Source: Gammaproteobacteria bacterium | GTDB lineage: Bacteria; Pseudomonadota; Gammaproteobacteria; GCA-002705445; GCA-002716945 | Reading direction: 5' to 3' | Assembly: GCA_045561295.1 (NCBI GenBank) | Contig: JBJKYD010000016.1 | Coordinates: 1 to 64,000, forward strand | DNA: 64,000 nt | Notes under the pieces: generated by a model | What the model was told of the DNA's origin: nothing | Database searches by the model: none | What the model saw: only the letters and a program-made list of their open reading frames with translations | Shown: positions 1-9,670 of the stretch, one piece after another | How positions within the stretch are numbered: the first letter of the stretch is position 1 | Layout: each line of letters opens with the position of its first letter | Translations under genes and position numbers: made by a program

Positions 1-2
1 AT

Positions 3-200
3 ATTTCAGATTTTTTTTTCCTTAATCAACAAAATAATAAACTTCTAGAAGACATTCAAAAAATTACTATTAAAAACACTATTCTTGAAAATGAAATTAA
101 AGATCTATCATCATCAACTCATGCACTAGAAAACTTTGCTAGATATAATCTAGGCTTAGTCAAAAAAGATGAAACCTTTGTACAAGTTATAAAAAAATGA
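3..200 (+). CDS. ftsB: Cell division protein FtsB, 5'-partial (not in ORF track)
   Basis: Manual translation ends ALENFARYNLGLVKKDETFVQVIKK*, the FtsB C-terminal motif; its TGA overlaps the ispD ATG; canonical ftsB-ispD-ispF order. Confidence 0.85.
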   Translation: MSDFFFLNQQNNKLLEDIQKITIKNTILENEIKDLSSSTHALENFARYNLGLVKKDETFVQVIKK

Positions 201-862
201 ACAAAAATATTTCTGTTGTATTGTTAGGCGCAGGCAGTAGTAGGCGTTTTAAATCTAGCCAGATAAAACAAAATGTGATAATTAATAAAGTGAGTATTTT
301 AAATCACTCAAGATTATTCTTTAATAAATATTTCCCTGAATCAAATATATTCATAGTTTCCAATAGAAAGGTAGTTATTAATAAACTCAAAAATAATGAA
401 AATGTAATTTATGGCTCTTCTAGCCGTTTAAAATCATTACATGTAGCACTTGAGAATATATTTCAAAATAATCTCCAAACTAAATATACATTAATCCATG
501 ATGTAGCACGTCCAATTTTAAATATTGATGATATAAATAAATTAATAGCATCTATGAAATCAGATATTGATGCTTCGACATTAGGGTATCCTTTAACCAA
601 TGCTTTGAAAGATGTTAAAAATAACAAAATACTTAATAATTTATACAAAGATAAATTATGGTCTTCATTCACACCACAAATTTTTAAAACAACGAAGCTT
701 TATGAGTCAATAGTAAAAACTATCAGTAATGGATATCATATTGATGATGATATCGAAGCAATGATGATGAATGATTTCAATTGTTCCATTGTCAGATCAA
801 GTCCTGATAATATCAAAGTAACATTTTTAGAGGATATAGAGGTTATAAAGAGACTATTATGA
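197..862 (+). CDS. ispD: 2-C-methyl-D-erythritol 4-phosphate cytidylyltransferase (divergent)
   Basis: GAGSSRRF, HDVARP, TPQIF and NIKVT motifs; between ftsB and ispF. Confidence 0.9.
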   Translation: MNKNISVVLLGAGSSRRFKSSQIKQNVIINKVSILNHSRLFFNKYFPESNIFIVSNRKVVINKLKNNENVIYGSSSRLKSLHVALENIFQNNLQTKYTLIHDVARPILNIDDINKLIASMKSDIDASTLGYPLTNALKDVKNNKILNNLYKDKLWSSFTPQIFKTTKLYESIVKTISNGYHIDDDIEAMMMNDFNCSIVRSSPDNIKVTFLEDIEVIKRLL

Positions 863-1341
863 TTACTACACGGGTTGGATTTGGCTATGATATGCACAAG
901 CTAGAAGAGGGCAGTTACATCATGTTGGGCGGCATAAGAATTGATTCTAATCATACGGTAGTAGCACATTCTGACGGTGATATTGTACTGCATTCTCTCT
1001 CAGATGCCATATACGGCTCTCTTGCAGCTGGCGATATAGGTACACATTTTCCATCAAATAAAGAGAATATAAATATTCAAAGTGTAAAAATACTTAAACA
1101 TGCGTGTGAGCTGATTACTCAGTCTAATTATATGATTAATAATATTGATATAACTATAGTCATTGAGAGTCCTTTTTTACAAGACCATATTATGGATATG
1201 AGAAAAAGCATTGCTAATATTATCAGTATTGACATTAGTCAGATAAGTATAAAATCATCCACATCACAAAAAATAGGTATGATCGGTGAGCATAAAGCTG
1301 TTGCATGTTATTCGACTATTCTAATTTCAAATGAAAGATAA
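859..1341 (+). CDS. ispF: 2-C-methyl-D-erythritol 2,4-cyclodiphosphate synthase
   Basis: RVGFGYDMH, AHSDGDIVLH, GDIGTHFP. Confidence 0.97.
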   Translation: MITTRVGFGYDMHKLEEGSYIMLGGIRIDSNHTVVAHSDGDIVLHSLSDAIYGSLAAGDIGTHFPSNKENINIQSVKILKHACELITQSNYMINNIDITIVIESPFLQDHIMDMRKSIANIISIDISQISIKSSTSQKIGMIGEHKAVACYSTILISNER

Positions 1342-2386
1342 TCAAGGTTATTTAATTATTAATTTAGATACAGAGACTCTTCTTGATGAAGAAGCAGAGA
1401 TACTGAATAATAAATTTATTGGTGGCGTCTTACTTTTTGAACATAATTTTATTAATCTCGATCAAATAAAATCACTTATTGCTAATATTAAAAGTATTAA
1501 TAGTAACTTATTAATTGCAATTGATCATGAAGGAGGAAGAGTTCAAAGATTTAAAAAAGGATTTACTTCTTTACCATCTTTTAATTCTATAGGTAATATT
1601 TATGAAGAAGATCCTAATTTGGGAGAAAAAATTGCATATTATGTAGGATATATTGCAGGATATGAGCTTAAAGAAATTGGAGTTGATGTTAATTTCTCAC
1701 CAGTAGTTGACTTATCAACAAATAGTAATGTTCTAAGTTCTAGAACATTTTCAAAATCTTCGATTGATGTTGTCCGATTATCATTATCATATATAGATGG
1801 CTTAATAGATAATGGAATCATTCCTACTTTAAAACACTATCCGGGGCATGGTTGTGTTTCAGGTGACACACATACAGATCTCATGAGTTGCAAAATGTCA
1901 TGGGAAGAGATTCATAAGCATTTGATTGTTTTTGAGAAAATTTATAACAAACAAGATATTCCAATCATGACAAGCCATATACAGTTTAATAATATATCTA
2001 AAGATCCAGTTACTACTTCATCTAAATGGCTTAATGAAATCCCTAGTAAAGTATTTGGCAAGTTTCCGTTTTTTATTAGTGATGATCTAGAAATGCTTGG
2101 CATAAAGAAACATTATCCTGAATTAAGTAAACTAAGTATACTAGAAAAAACTCTCGCAGAAGGATGCTCAATGGCAATAGTAACAACCATGCAAGATAAG
2201 AAAATTATTGAAGAAAAAAGAAGTTATCTATTTTATAAAAATGAATATCTAGATAAGTTAAACTCTCATAACTTTCATCCTAGAAATATAAATTTACCAT
2301 GTTTACATGAATTAACATATAATAAGGGAGATGTGAATACATATCGAAAAGCTACTGAAGTAGTCGGAAGGCACATAAAAGAATAA
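1331..2386 (+). CDS. nagZ: Beta-N-acetylglucosaminidase (GH3)
   Basis: IDHEGGRVQR, KHYPGHG..DTH, SDDLEM. Confidence 0.92.
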   Translation: MKDNQGYLIINLDTETLLDEEAEILNNKFIGGVLLFEHNFINLDQIKSLIANIKSINSNLLIAIDHEGGRVQRFKKGFTSLPSFNSIGNIYEEDPNLGEKIAYYVGYIAGYELKEIGVDVNFSPVVDLSTNSNVLSSRTFSKSSIDVVRLSLSYIDGLIDNGIIPTLKHYPGHGCVSGDTHTDLMSCKMSWEEIHKHLIVFEKIYNKQDIPIMTSHIQFNNISKDPVTTSSKWLNEIPSKVFGKFPFFISDDLEMLGIKKHYPELSKLSILEKTLAEGCSMAIVTTMQDKKIIEEKRSYLFYKNEYLDKLNSHNFHPRNINLPCLHELTYNKGDVNTYRKATEVVGRHIKE

Positions 2387-3441
2387 TGGATATACTATTA
2401 AATAACGCACATTCCAGTCTAATAACCATTACGCTGATCACTCTATTTCTCTTTTTCATTAAGAACAAGTTAATAAATGTTATCTTTGCCTTATCTCAAA
2501 AAACTAATACCGTTTATGATGAACTAATCTTATTTTCTATAAAAACACCTTCTACTTACTTAATTATATTTGGATATATATTTGTAATTACTGATTACTT
2601 TAATAAAAATGAAGTATTAAACCTAAGTTTTAGTCTTTCATCTGCTGTATTTTCTCTAATTGTAATCGTCATTTCATGGTCATTACTTAGAGGTTTAAAC
2701 TATTACCTACAGCTCAAGCCTTTCACTAAAAATCTATCAAGTGAAGACGACATAACTTTAATTACTGAGACTTATGAAATTGTTGTAAGAATCTTAAAAA
2801 TATTGGTCGTAGTAATCACTGCTTTAATAATTATGCAAGAGATAGGTCTAAGCATATCTGGTTTACTTGCATTTGGTGGAGTTGGAGGATTAATTGTTGG
2901 CCTTGCTGCAAAAGATTTACTATCTAATTTCTTTGGTGGCATGATGATATTTTTTGATAGACCATTTAGAGTAGGTGAATTCATAAAATCTCCTGATAGG
3001 AATATTGAAGGCATAGTTGAGAAAATTGGTTGGAGACTAACCGTGGTGAGAACATTTTCTAAAAATGTTCTTTATATTCCCAATACTGCCTTTTCAAGTA
3101 TTATAGTAGAGAATGCAACCAGAATGTCTAATCGAAGAATTAATGAAACAATAGGGATACGTTATGATGATTTGAATAAAATGACAGATATAATTCAAGA
3201 CGTTAATAATATATTAGAAAGTAATCCTGATATTGATCAAACACAAAAAGCAAAAGTCTATTTCAAAAGTTTTTCAGCCTCTTCATGTGACTTTTTCATA
3301 TACGCATTTACAAAAACTAAAGATTGGGAAGAATTTCTAAGAATTAAACAAGATGTTCTGCTAAAAGTTGCTGAAATCATAGAACAGCATAATGCAGAAA
3401 TTGCATACCCAACAACAACAGTATTTATTAATAAAGATTAA
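2386..3441 (+). CDS. MscS-family mechanosensitive channel (YnaI-like)
   Basis: Multiple TM helices, GLAAKDLLSNFFGG, DRPFRVGEFI, GIVEKIGWRLT, EIAYPT. Confidence 0.92.
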   Translation: MDILLNNAHSSLITITLITLFLFFIKNKLINVIFALSQKTNTVYDELILFSIKTPSTYLIIFGYIFVITDYFNKNEVLNLSFSLSSAVFSLIVIVISWSLLRGLNYYLQLKPFTKNLSSEDDITLITETYEIVVRILKILVVVITALIIMQEIGLSISGLLAFGGVGGLIVGLAAKDLLSNFFGGMMIFFDRPFRVGEFIKSPDRNIEGIVEKIGWRLTVVRTFSKNVLYIPNTAFSSIIVENATRMSNRRINETIGIRYDDLNKMTDIIQDVNNILESNPDIDQTQKAKVYFKSFSASSCDFFIYAFTKTKDWEEFLRIKQDVLLKVAEIIEQHNAEIAYPTTTVFINKD

Positions 3442-3442
3442 T

Positions 3443-6400
3443 TTAATTAGATATCGATTCGAAAATAGTTATAACTTCGTTACAGATATCAGAAAAGCAC
3501 TTCTCTGATGGGTATTTATACTTAAAATTAAACTCATTTAAAAGAATTATGTTTCCTTTGTTAACATATTTATTTATAAGATTATCATGATTTATAAGAC
3601 TTTTTTTATTTAAAGTAATTATCGTACTTTCCTGATTTATTTTTACTTTTTCAGCATTGATTACATTTGCTGCTATTCTAATTCTCGTAAGATCAAGAAG
3701 GTTCTCTAAATATTCGGGAAGAGGGCCATAAATATCAACCAGTTTTGCTATAATTTGATTTAACTCATATTCATTATGAACATTAGATATATCACTATAA
3801 AATTCTAATCTTAAAAAAATATCTTCTATATATTCCTGAGGTATTAGTGTCGATATATAGGCATCAACTTCTACATGTTGTTTAATTTCATCAATTTTAT
3901 TATTTTTTATTTGATTAATTGCTTTAGACAACATAGATGTGTACATACCATATCCAATTTCAAGTATTTGTCCACTTTGCTCTTCTCCAAGTATTTCGCC
4001 AGCACCCCTAATATCTAGATCATGACCAGCAATGTCTAGTCCACCTCCTAAACTATCTGTTTTAATAAATGCATCTATTCTTAAATCAGCGTCCTTCGTT
4101 ACTCTTTTTCTATCAGATAATATTATACCGGCGTATGCTTGCTTATTACTTCTTCCTACTCTTCCTCTTATTTGATGAAGTTGTGATAATCCAAAATTCT
4201 GGGCATTATTAATTATTATTGTATTTACATTTGCCATATCTAAACCACTTTCTATTATACTTGTACATATCAAGATATCTATTTTCTCATTGATGAAGTT
4301 ACTCATTATCATTTCAATTTCTTTATTTGTTAGTCTTCCATGAACTTTTTCGATTTTATATTTATTATTTATTTTTTTAATAAAATTTATTTCTTCATCC
4401 ATTGTATCTATATTATTATGTACAAATAAAACTTGCCCACCTCTATTTATTTCTCTATCAATATATTGACCAATCAGCGTATCAGACCTTTCTATAATAT
4501 TAGTTACTATGTTCTTTCTACCTACAGGAGGAGTATTAATAATACTCATATCTTTTATCTCTGATAATGCTGAATTAAGAGTTCTTGGGATTGGTGTCGC
4601 AGTAAGGGATAAAACATCGATATTTTCTTTTATACCTTTTATTATTTCTTTGTGTTTAACACCAAACTTATGCTCTTCATCTATGATAAGTAAACCCAAA
4701 TCATTGTATTTTACACTTTTATTTAAAAGTGCATGAGTTCCAATTATTATTTGAGCATTACCATGTTTAATTTCTTCTAATGATGTATTTTTTTCTGATG
4801 AAGATATTACTCTCGTCATTAAATTTATTTTAAAATTATAAGTATTAAATCTATTTTTAAAAGTTTGATAATGTTGTTTTGCCAATACTGTCGTTGGAAC
4901 AATGATAACAACCTGTTTTTTATTATTTGCTGCTATAAATGAAGCCCTAAGAATTACTTCAGTTTTCCCAAAGCCAACATCACCACAAACAATACGATCC
5001 ATTGCTTTTGTAGAGCACATATCATCAATCACTTCATTAATACAATTCAGTTGATCCTCAGTCTCAACATAAGGAAATAATTTACAAAATTTCTCATAAC
5101 CATTTATATCAAAATCATACTTATAACCTCTATGCAATTCCCTTTTTGCTTGAACTAGTAGAAGTTCTGCAGCAATATCTTGTATTTTCTTTTTAGCCCT
5201 TTGTTTTATTTTTAACCATTTATCTGAACCTAAATTAGCTAATTTTGTATTTAAACCTGAATTTCCAATATACCTTTGCATCAAGGAAATTGATGTTATC
5301 GGCATATATAGATTGTTATTATCTGCATACTCTATTTTTATTAATTCTGTAGTTTTACTTTCAATGTTCATCGTAATTAGACCCCTATATTTTCCAATGC
5401 CGTGTTCTTGATGGACGACTAATTCATTTATTTTTAGATCATTTAGATTATCTATTAAGATAGTTTTTATTGATTTATTTTTTGATATTCTGGCTTTTAT
5501 TAAACCAAATAAATCATTTGAACTTATGTATACAGCTTTACTACTATTATCAATGAAGCCTTCATTTATATCACTTCTAAATATACGTATACCACTATAT
5601 TTATCATCAAGGCGGTCAATTTCTTTATATGATATATTTTTACTTTTAAAATAATTTATTATAGTTTTAAAGTTATCGTTTCTTTGTATAAAGAATGTAT
5701 AAGTATATGTTGATTCATTATAAAGATTTTCAAGATTAGTAAATGGATTCTTATAATTATAATTAATTGAAACAGAGGGTAGAGGGCTATAAGAAGATTT
5801 AATCGTGGGAACACTAGTATGAGTATTTGCTGATAAGTAAAAATAATTATTTGCTACAATTTTATTTAATGTTTTACTACTAATTATTAGATCTTCAGGT
5901 TTTAAAATATATCTATTAATAGATTCTTCTTTATAATTACTTATTAAGTTCTCTGATTCTTCTTTATATTCATTTAAAATATCATTTTCAATGAAACAGA
6001 CAAAATCTTGTCCAATTAACGACAAGAGTGAATATGTTTCATTATAAAAACTTGGCACTAAGTTCTGTATATTAATACCACTTCTATCATTAACTATAGC
6101 CTCATACTCTAGATCATCTCTATACTCATCATTAAAGTTTTTTGACACATAATCCTTATACTTTTCAATATTATTAGAATCCAGATAATACAAACCTCTT
6201 GATCCAAGAGCAGTAGAGTCTAAATCAGCATCTGATAGCTGTGTAATTGTACTAAAATATTTTAATGTCTCAATTTCATCACCAAAGAAATTAATTCTTA
6301 CCGGCTTATCTGCTAAAGTTGAAAAGAAATCAATAATTGATCCTGATAACCTGTATTGACCACGTTCATCAACTTTGGTTACTTTTTTGTATTCATATTT

Positions 6401-6814
6401 TTTTAGTAAATTTAATATTTCTATATATTTGGAATTTTTTGAAATTGAACACCATGATTTACTAGCTTCCTCAATAGATGGTGTTTTACTAAAAATTGAT
6501 TTATAAGTCCCTATAATAATTTTGTTAGAATCACTATCATCTTTTATATGTATCAAACAGTTTAATCTTTCTTTTATTACATCTTGATCAATCGATGTTG
6601 AACTATAATTTGCTACTCCATAATTAGGAAACTTTAATATTACTTTATCATTATAAATATTCTTCAATTCATCAAATAAACTATCTACCTGGTGATTATT
6701 ATCCACAAGGACAACAACATATTTATGATGCTTTGCTAAATTTTCTATTTCTAATAGATATGATGAACCAGAAAGGTTACTTACTAAATTGATACCTTTT
6801 GACAGAATCTTCAT
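3443..6814 (-). CDS. mfd: Transcription-repair coupling factor
   Basis: VVHQEHGIGKY, CGDVGFGKTEV, DEEH, TATPIPRT, QIRGRVGR, GEEQSG; start moved to ATG 6814 because the longer track start lies inside a terminator hairpin. Confidence 0.96.
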   Translation of the reverse strand: MKILSKGINLVSNLSGSSYLLEIENLAKHHKYVVVLVDNNHQVDSLFDELKNIYNDKVILKFPNYGVANYSSTSIDQDVIKERLNCLIHIKDDSDSNKIIIGTYKSIFSKTPSIEEASKSWCSISKNSKYIEILNLLKKYEYKKVTKVDERGQYRLSGSIIDFFSTLADKPVRINFFGDEIETLKYFSTITQLSDADLDSTALGSRGLYYLDSNNIEKYKDYVSKNFNDEYRDDLEYEAIVNDRSGINIQNLVPSFYNETYSLLSLIGQDFVCFIENDILNEYKEESENLISNYKEESINRYILKPEDLIISSKTLNKIVANNYFYLSANTHTSVPTIKSSYSPLPSVSINYNYKNPFTNLENLYNESTYTYTFFIQRNDNFKTIINYFKSKNISYKEIDRLDDKYSGIRIFRSDINEGFIDNSSKAVYISSNDLFGLIKARISKNKSIKTILIDNLNDLKINELVVHQEHGIGKYRGLITMNIESKTTELIKIEYADNNNLYMPITSISLMQRYIGNSGLNTKLANLGSDKWLKIKQRAKKKIQDIAAELLLVQAKRELHRGYKYDFDINGYEKFCKLFPYVETEDQLNCINEVIDDMCSTKAMDRIVCGDVGFGKTEVILRASFIAANNKKQVVIIVPTTVLAKQHYQTFKNRFNTYNFKINLMTRVISSSEKNTSLEEIKHGNAQIIIGTHALLNKSVKYNDLGLLIIDEEHKFGVKHKEIIKGIKENIDVLSLTATPIPRTLNSALSEIKDMSIINTPPVGRKNIVTNIIERSDTLIGQYIDREINRGGQVLFVHNNIDTMDEEINFIKKINNKYKIEKVHGRLTNKEIEMIMSNFINEKIDILICTSIIESGLDMANVNTIIINNAQNFGLSQLHQIRGRVGRSNKQAYAGIILSDRKRVTKDADLRIDAFIKTDSLGGGLDIAGHDLDIRGAGEILGEEQSGQILEIGYGMYTSMLSKAINQIKNNKIDEIKQHVEVDAYISTLIPQEYIEDIFLRLEFYSDISNVHNEYELNQIIAKLVDIYGPLPEYLENLLDLTRIRIAANVINAEKVKINQESTIITLNKKSLINHDNLINKYVNKGNIILLNEFNFKYKYPSEKCFSDICNEVITIFESISN

Positions 6815-6823
6815 AAAATACTC

Positions 6824-6858
6824 AAAAAAAAGCAGCACATGTATTTATGTGCTGCTTT
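6824..6858 (-). terminator. Intrinsic terminator of the microprotein-rhodanese cassette
   Basis: AAAGCAGCACAT(6829-6840)-GTATTT-ATGTGCTGCTTT(6847-6858) perfect stem; A8 at 6824-6831 gives a U-tract on the minus strand. Confidence 0.88.
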
Positions 6859-6877
6859 GTAATAATTATAAGCTTAT

Positions 6878-7555
6878 TTATTTAACAGTATTGAATCCTA
6901 GGTTTTCCCAGTTTTGCATACCGCCACGATACCATTTAATTTTGTCAGCTGGATATCCGTATTTTAATAAACTCTTAATGTTATTTGGTGATTGACCGCA
7001 CCACATACCATTACAAAACAATACTAGCGTTTTTGCTTTATCAAAATAAAATAAGCCATTTTGTTCTTCAGCGCCAAACTTTGTTGTCATTATCTCTGCG
7101 ATTGACAATGGGTCAGCCCCTTTTCTCTCGCTCAAAAGTGTCCAAGGTAGGTTCACTGCTCCAGGAATTGTTCCTTTAGCAACCCAATCGGGTGTTCTTG
7201 AATCAATCACCATAATTTCTGAGCCATCAGGCATTTTTTCACCTTTTGACATCATTACTGCATAATGAATGATTTCTTGTTCACCGATTGTCTCTATCCC
7301 CGGTCTTAACTGCATAGGTTGAATGCAGAATGGTGGACATGGTCTAGACGTTTTAGCAAACGCTGGATTTACAGTTGCAGCATTATCTTGATTTCTCATT
7401 ATCTTATGTTCACCAACTGAAACAGATAACCCAATTTCTAAAGAATTTGGTCCATCTGCTTTAGATATAGCAACAGGTTTACCTGCAATAGCAGATAGCG
7501 ACACTAAGGCTAAAGAAAAAATAGCAACTGAAAAAAAGTTATTAATTTTTAACAT
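6878..7555 (-). CDS. Secreted single-domain rhodanese/sulfurtransferase, SoxL-like
   Basis: Signal peptide ending AIA; RPCPPFCIQP, IDSRTPDW, TIPGAVNLPW, FCNGMWCGQS, WYRGGMQNW; GGAGG SD precedes ATG 7555. Confidence 0.85.
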   Translation of the reverse strand: MLKINNFFSVAIFSLALVSLSAIAGKPVAISKADGPNSLEIGLSVSVGEHKIMRNQDNAATVNPAFAKTSRPCPPFCIQPMQLRPGIETIGEQEIIHYAVMMSKGEKMPDGSEIMVIDSRTPDWVAKGTIPGAVNLPWTLLSERKGADPLSIAEIMTTKFGAEEQNGLFYFDKAKTLVLFCNGMWCGQSPNNIKSLLKYGYPADKIKWYRGGMQNWENLGFNTVK

Positions 7556-7571
7556 ATCTCCTCCCAATTAA

Positions 7572-7727
7572 TTATTCGCAATCTGGTTCCTCATCATCAG
7601 TAGGCTTTCCTTCGCCTTCTTTGTCAGCAAAAATTATTTTAACTTCTGAAATAGTCTTACTGAAAGACGGTTGAGATACTGAAATAGCCATTAGAGCAAG
7701 CATCAGTACTATCAAATTTATCCTCAT
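7572..7727 (-). CDS. Unannotated 51-aa secreted microprotein with acidic C-terminal EEPDCE motif
   Basis: MRINLIVLMLALMAISVSQPSFSKTISEVKIIFADKEGEGKPTDDEEPDCE*; AAGGAG SD at 7734-7739; fills the gap upstream of the rhodanese, whose SD follows the stop. Confidence 0.8.
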   Translation of the reverse strand: MRINLIVLMLALMAISVSQPSFSKTISEVKIIFADKEGEGKPTDDEEPDCE

Positions 7728-7768
7728 TTTTGTCTCCTTGATTAAAAGAACTAATTGTTACAAGCAGT

Positions 7769-7798
7769 ATTATAATATCTAACTCACAGATTTGACAT
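7769..7798 (-). promoter_or_regulatory. Putative sigma70 promoter of the microprotein-rhodanese cassette
   Basis: Minus-strand TATAAT at 7769-7774 with ATGTCA (4/6 match to TTGACA) 18 nt upstream. Confidence 0.45.
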
Positions 7799-7823
7799 GT
7801 TTATTTAATATATATCGGCAGAT

Positions 7824-8678
7824 TTAGCCAATATCCTGAAAATTCCACATTTTTTTTATAGAAATTTGGTCTTTTTTATAGAATCTATATTTGATTATGC
7901 CCTGCTTTAATTTACATCTTTTGAGTGATGTACCATGTGCATCAGTGATAAAACTAGATCCCCAAAACTTAATAGAGCTATCTTTTTGCTGCTCTGTACC
8001 TATTCGATTTGCAACTACAATTGGTATATTGTTCATCAGACTATTAGCTTCAATTACATTAATCCATTTCTTTTTTTCATTAGCTATTTGTATTTTTTCG
8101 TTTTTATAAAAACAAGTTCCAATTGCTGTTGGGCAAATAATCAAATTTACATCCTTTTTCTTCAATTCAAGGTATGCACTAGAATGCCATTGATCCCAAC
8201 AGATTAAAATTCCAATTTTAAAAACACCTATCGAAAAGAACTGATATCCATTATTTGATTTATTAAAATAATAACTTTCTTCATAACATATTTCTGATGG
8301 TATATTTTTCTTATGATATTTTTTAATAATATTTCCTTCAGGATTAATAATTAGGGCAGTATTAAAGTATTTTTTTTTCAACTTTTCAAATATTGTAATG
8401 CATAAAAAAATTCTATATTTTATAGCAATATTTTTAATTAGAGAAATCTCCTCAGAATCTAAAGATATTGCATTGCTAATATTTTTTTTTGTTTTTGTGA
8501 TACACACATAACGCTGCAGTGATAACTCAGGACAGACTACAAGAGTATTTTCATTGACATTATTTTTTTTAAGTAGTAATTCAATTTTACTTATATTGTC
8601 ACTAACATTATCTAGAGGTTGATACTGAAGAAGTATTAGATTTATATATTCATGCTTAGACAATGCAGCCCTCCACAT
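7824..8678 (-). CDS. aguB: N-carbamoylputrescine amidase (carbon-nitrogen hydrolase family)
   Basis: E-K-C triad motifs PEL, YHKKNIP, LICWDQW; PTAIG, ANRIG, FWGSSF; downstream of agmatine deiminase; true start may be ATA at 8645. Confidence 0.8.
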   Translation of the reverse strand: MWRAALSKHEYINLILLQYQPLDNVSDNISKIELLLKKNNVNENTLVVCPELSLQRYVCITKTKKNISNAISLDSEEISLIKNIAIKYRIFLCITIFEKLKKKYFNTALIINPEGNIIKKYHKKNIPSEICYEESYYFNKSNNGYQFFSIGVFKIGILICWDQWHSSAYLELKKKDVNLIICPTAIGTCFYKNEKIQIANEKKKWINVIEANSLMNNIPIVVANRIGTEQQKDSSIKFWGSSFITDAHGTSLKRCKLKQGIIKYRFYKKDQISIKKMWNFQDIG

Positions 8679-9640
8679 TCGATAAGTGATGCCTCACAAT
8701 TTATATTATATTTTATTTTTCTAATTGGTAAGTCATTAAGGCTATCAATGATAGATATATCATTATTTGTTATTGATGGAAAGATTATACAATTAGATGT
8801 GATGATAAAGTTCAATTTTGAATAAGGGTAATACTTATTATCATTATACAGCGTATCTCTATCATCATGAAATATTGGATAAATATCCTTTATTATTTTA
8901 CTTTTCTTTTTAATTGATTCTAATTGATTTTTCAGTTCTTTTGCTAAATCATAATTTACATAAGATTTATCAGTAGATGCAAGGTAAACTAAATTTTCAT
9001 CATCAATAAACCTTACCATATTATCGACATGTCCATTGGTATCATCACCTTTAATAGAGTCTAGTTCTAATACAAATAATTCATTAAATGGTATTTCCTT
9101 TTTTAAGAACATAAGTTTATCTATAATATTTTTTCCTGAGTATTTATGATTATTTTTTATGAAACTATTTTTATTTGTTATTACAACACCTTTTGATGAA
9201 AACTCTAAATTTCCTCCCTCAATCACATAACCTTTTAAATCAAAGTCACTATCATACATATCTAGTGAATATTTATAATTATTGTCATTTATGTACATAT
9301 ACTTTTCACCATAACCATTAAAGTCAAAATCTATTTTCTTTAGACCTTTTCTCGTTGAATATAGTTTTGGATGATAGTCTCTAATCCAAATATCATCACA
9401 GTTGTATTGAATAAATTCTATATTTGGACTCAAATCACGAAAAAAACTATCTTCATTGTCGTATATTTCTGGAATGATAACACTTTGATGAACATTATTT
9501 TGAGATAAAATAATTGATAATTCTAAGTATATTTTTTTGATATCTTCAAAATAAAAAAACCGATCATGCATAGCTGGATAAACCATAACAATATGATTTG
9601 AATTATAGTCAGCTAATAATTTATTATGTATCTTTTCCAT
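8642..9640 (-). CDS. aguA: Agmatine deiminase family protein
   Basis: DIWIRDY, EGGNL, DDTNGHVD and the C-terminal catalytic GGLHC. Confidence 0.88.
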   Translation of the reverse strand: MEKIHNKLLADYNSNHIVMVYPAMHDRFFYFEDIKKIYLELSIILSQNNVHQSVIIPEIYDNEDSFFRDLSPNIEFIQYNCDDIWIRDYHPKLYSTRKGLKKIDFDFNGYGEKYMYINDNNYKYSLDMYDSDFDLKGYVIEGGNLEFSSKGVVITNKNSFIKNNHKYSGKNIIDKLMFLKKEIPFNELFVLELDSIKGDDTNGHVDNMVRFIDDENLVYLASTDKSYVNYDLAKELKNQLESIKKKSKIIKDIYPIFHDDRDTLYNDNKYYPYSKLNFIITSNCIIFPSITNNDISIIDSLNDLPIRKIKYNINCEASLIECGGLHCLSMNI

Positions 9641-9670
9641 ATTATCGCTTATATTTGATATAGTGTAGCT

